Of a DNA stretch of 41,775 nucleotides, positions 39,365-41,775 are shown one piece after another (the stretch's first letter is position 1; each line of letters opens with the position of its first letter). A program made the position numbers and the translations under genes. Below the pieces are notes generated by a model. That model was not told the DNA's origin. It searched no databases and saw only the letters and a list, made by a program, of their open reading frames with translations. This DNA is from a virus. Lineage: Duplodnaviria > Heunggongvirae > Uroviricota > Caudoviricetes. The DNA lies in the IMG/VR virus record IMGVR_UViG_2675903658_000008, positions 1 through 41,775 of that record. One strand, given 5' to 3'.

Positions 39365-39667
39365 ATGATGAATATAGAAGTTGATATAACACCAATTCTT
39401 CACGCACTTTGCGCTGTTGTCGCACAAGTTCTGGTTGGTCTTTTTACTGGAAACTGGGCTTACGGTGCGATAGCCGGTTGTACGTTCTTCATTGCGCGTG
39501 AACACACCCAGGCAGAATATCGCTGGATAGAAAAGTTTGGGCATGGCAAGCGGATTAACATGCCGTGGTGGGGAGGTTTTGATCCACGCGTGTGGGATGT
39601 GGGAAGTCTGTTGGATTTTTCTTTCCCAATTATCGGATGCTTATTGGTATGGATTCTTGCATCGTAG
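39365..39667 (+). CDS. Small membrane protein next to attR (candidate lysogenic-conversion moron)
   Basis: 100 aa, about three hydrophobic segments; AT-rich. Confidence 0.45.
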   Translation: MMNIEVDITPILHALCAVVAQVLVGLFTGNWAYGAIAGCTFFIAREHTQAEYRWIEKFGHGKRINMPWWGGFDPRVWDVGSLLDFSFPIIGCLLVWILAS

Positions 39668-39954
39668 TGAACGCAGGATTACCGATGAGACAAAACTGAG
39701 ACACACAAAGCTTTGCACTGGATTGCAAGGCTTTGTGCTTCTCTGGAGTGCGACATGTTTTTATGACAAAAAATTAGCGCAAGAAGACAAAAAATCACCT
39801 TGCGCTAATGCTCTGTTACAGGTCACTAATACCATCTAAGTGGTTGATTCATAGTGACTGGATATGTTGTGTTTTGTAGCATTATGCAGTCTATTCTTTA
39901 GACTAAAGATATTGTAACACATTGATATTAATGGTTTTTAATGTTTCACGTTCA

Positions 39955-39969
39955 GCTTTTTTATACTAA
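39955..39969. repeat. attR core (GCTTTTTTATACTAA), preceded by lambda P-arm-like sequence
   Basis: Exact copy of the 1331..1345 core; upstream matches recalled lambda attP P arm. Confidence 0.85.
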
Positions 39970-40059
39970 CTTGAGCGAAACGGGAAGGTAAAAAGACAAA
40001 AAGTTGTTTTTAATACCTTTAAGTGATACCAGATGGCATTGCGCCATCTGGCAGAGTGA

Positions 40060-40536
40060 TTAACTAAACATCGCAGTAATCGAGGCACTCGCCAGAGAGT
40101 GAAAATGAACGTTAAACCCGACCATCGCGCCGCTGGCACCTTCATCGACATCAATACGTTCTACATCCAGCGCGTGAACGGTAAAAATGTAGCGATGGGT
40201 TTCGCCTTTCGGCGGCGCTGCGCCATCGTACCCGGTTTTACCAAAGTCGGTACGCGTCTGCAAAACGCCGTCTGGCATAGCTACCAGACCAGAGCCAAAC
40301 CCTTGCGGTAATACGCGGGTATCAGCGGGTAAATTAACAACTACCCAGTGCCACCAGCCGGAGCCGGTTGGCGCATCCGGGTCATAGCAGGTGACAACAA
40401 AACTTTTCGTTCCCACAGGAACATCATCCCACGCCAGATGCGGTGAAATATTATCGCCATCGTAACCCATGCCGTTAAAGACATGACGATGCGGCAGCTT
40501 ATCGCCATCGCGCAGATCGTTACTGATGAGTTTCAT
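40060..40536 (-). CDS. ybhB: Host PEBP-family protein YbhB
   Basis: 158-aa translation recognised as E. coli YbhB. Confidence 0.85.
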   Translation of the reverse strand: MKLISNDLRDGDKLPHRHVFNGMGYDGDNISPHLAWDDVPVGTKSFVVTCYDPDAPTGSGWWHWVVVNLPADTRVLPQGFGSGLVAMPDGVLQTRTDFGKTGYDGAAPPKGETHRYIFTVHALDVERIDVDEGASGAMVGFNVHFHSLASASITAMFS

Positions 40537-40644
40537 TAGAATGCCTCCGGGAAACCTCGGCCTTCAGACCGGGGAGGAAAGGAGGCGGTTTTCCGACTAA
40601 CTGTACTTTGCATAATCACATTTTCCTCTTTAGTATGTGAACAC

Positions 40645-41775
40645 ATGAAACGCGCATATAAATACCGGTTTTACCCGACAACTGAGCAGGCTGAGCTTTT
40701 AGCTCAGACGTTTGGCTGTGTGCGCTTCGTCTACAATTCCATCCTTCGTTGGCGTACCGATGCGTACTACGAGCGAAAAGAAAAGATCGGTTATCTACAG
40801 GCCAACGCTCGCCTTACGGCGCTCAAAAAAGAGCCTGAATACATATGGCTGAATGATGTTTCCTGCGTTCCCCTCCAGCAGTCGTTGCGCCACCAACAAG
40901 CCGCCTTTGCTAACTTCTTTGCCGGACGAGCTGCATATCCGGCTTTCAAAAGCAAACGGCACAAACAGGTGGCTGAGTTCACTGCCAGCGCGTTTAAACA
41001 CCGTGACGGCGAGTTGTATATAGCAAAGAGCAAGTCGCCGCTGGATGTTCGCTGGAGTCGAGAATTACCATCTGCGCCGTCAACCGTTACCATTTCCAGA
41101 GATAGCGCTGGCAGGTACTTTGTTTCCTGCCTGTGTGAGTTTGAACCTGTATCAATGCCTGTTACCGCTAAAACGGTCGGCATTGATGTGGGCTTAAAAG
41201 ATTTATTCGTCACCGATACCGGATTCAAAACCGACAATCCCCGCCACACCGCTAAATATGCGAAGCGATTAACGCTGCTACAGCGACGTTTAAGCAGGAA
41301 GCAAAAAGGCTCAAGAAACCGTATTAAAGCCCGCTTAAAGGTCGCCCGACTCCACGCGAAAATCGCCGATTGCCGGATGGACAATCTGCACAAGTTGTCC
41401 CGCAAACTGATTAACGAAAACCAAGTTGTTTGCGTCGAATCCCTCAAGGTGAAAAACATGATCCGCAACCCGAAGCTGTCTAAAGCAATAGCTGACGCAG
41501 GCTGGAGCGAACTTGTTCGCCAGCTCCAGTACAAAGGCAAATGGGCCGGGCGGTCAGTGGTCGCCATTGACCAGTATTTACCGTCCTCAAAATGCTGTAG
41601 TTGCTGCGGTTTCACCATGCAAAAAATGCCTCTTAATGTTCGTAAATGGCACTGCCCTGAATGCGGCGCAGACCATGATCGCGACATTAACGCGGCACGT
41701 AATATTAAAGCTGCCGGGCTGGCAGTGTTAGCCCACGGAGAGCCTGTAAACCCTGAATCGCAGCACGCGGCTTAG
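40645..41775 (+). CDS. tnpB: IS200/IS605-family TnpB (OrfB) RuvC-like nuclease, no adjacent tnpA
   Basis: 376 aa; N-terminal YRFYPT, central RuvC-like region, C-terminal CxxC..CxxC zinc finger; ORF ends at last base of window. Confidence 0.85.
   Translation: MKRAYKYRFYPTTEQAELLAQTFGCVRFVYNSILRWRTDAYYERKEKIGYLQANARLTALKKEPEYIWLNDVSCVPLQQSLRHQQAAFANFFAGRAAYPAFKSKRHKQVAEFTASAFKHRDGELYIAKSKSPLDVRWSRELPSAPSTVTISRDSAGRYFVSCLCEFEPVSMPVTAKTVGIDVGLKDLFVTDTGFKTDNPRHTAKYAKRLTLLQRRLSRKQKGSRNRIKARLKVARLHAKIADCRMDNLHKLSRKLINENQVVCVESLKVKNMIRNPKLSKAIADAGWSELVRQLQYKGKWAGRSVVAIDQYLPSSKCCSCCGFTMQKMPLNVRKWHCPECGADHDRDINAARNIKAAGLAVLAHGEPVNPESQHAA

Noticed and set aside
40537-40644. IS200-type tnpA upstream of the tnpB-like gene
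   Set aside because: Only ~108 bp of non-coding sequence separates ybhB from tnpB; no tnpA-sized ORF fits.

Overview
The window is almost entirely one ~38.6 kb mosaic lambdoid prophage inserted at the lambda attachment site, between host ybhC (1..1284, -) and ybhB (40060..40536, -), bounded by the 15-bp core GCTTTTTTATACTAA at 1331..1345 (attL) and 39955..39969 (attR). It combines lambda-type int/xis, cI/cro with OL/OR operators and S-R-Rz/Rz1 lysis genes with P22/Sf6-type N and nut sites, O-like initiator plus DnaB-type helicase, a nin region, and a P22-like podovirus morphogenesis module ending in mnt and a tailspike. All family assignments are from reading the translations and recalled motifs; no database search was run. 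The strongest candidate for an undescribed system is a tightly coupled two-gene AT-rich cassette (9748..10543, -) sitting directly after cI in the exact position of lambda rexA-rexB: a 145-aa soluble protein followed by a coiled-coil protein with a C-terminal transmembrane anchor. Other accessory loci worth attention are two unknown genes in the pL operon beside a remnant of a second N gene, a lipoprotein and a small HExxH protein in the P22 sieA/immI position, an HNH endonuclease apparently inserted into ninF, an orphan C5-methyltransferase-like gene, two tRNA-like genes after Q, and an SSB with a C-terminal extension past DDDIPF. A solo TnpB-like gene follows ybhB outside the prophage.
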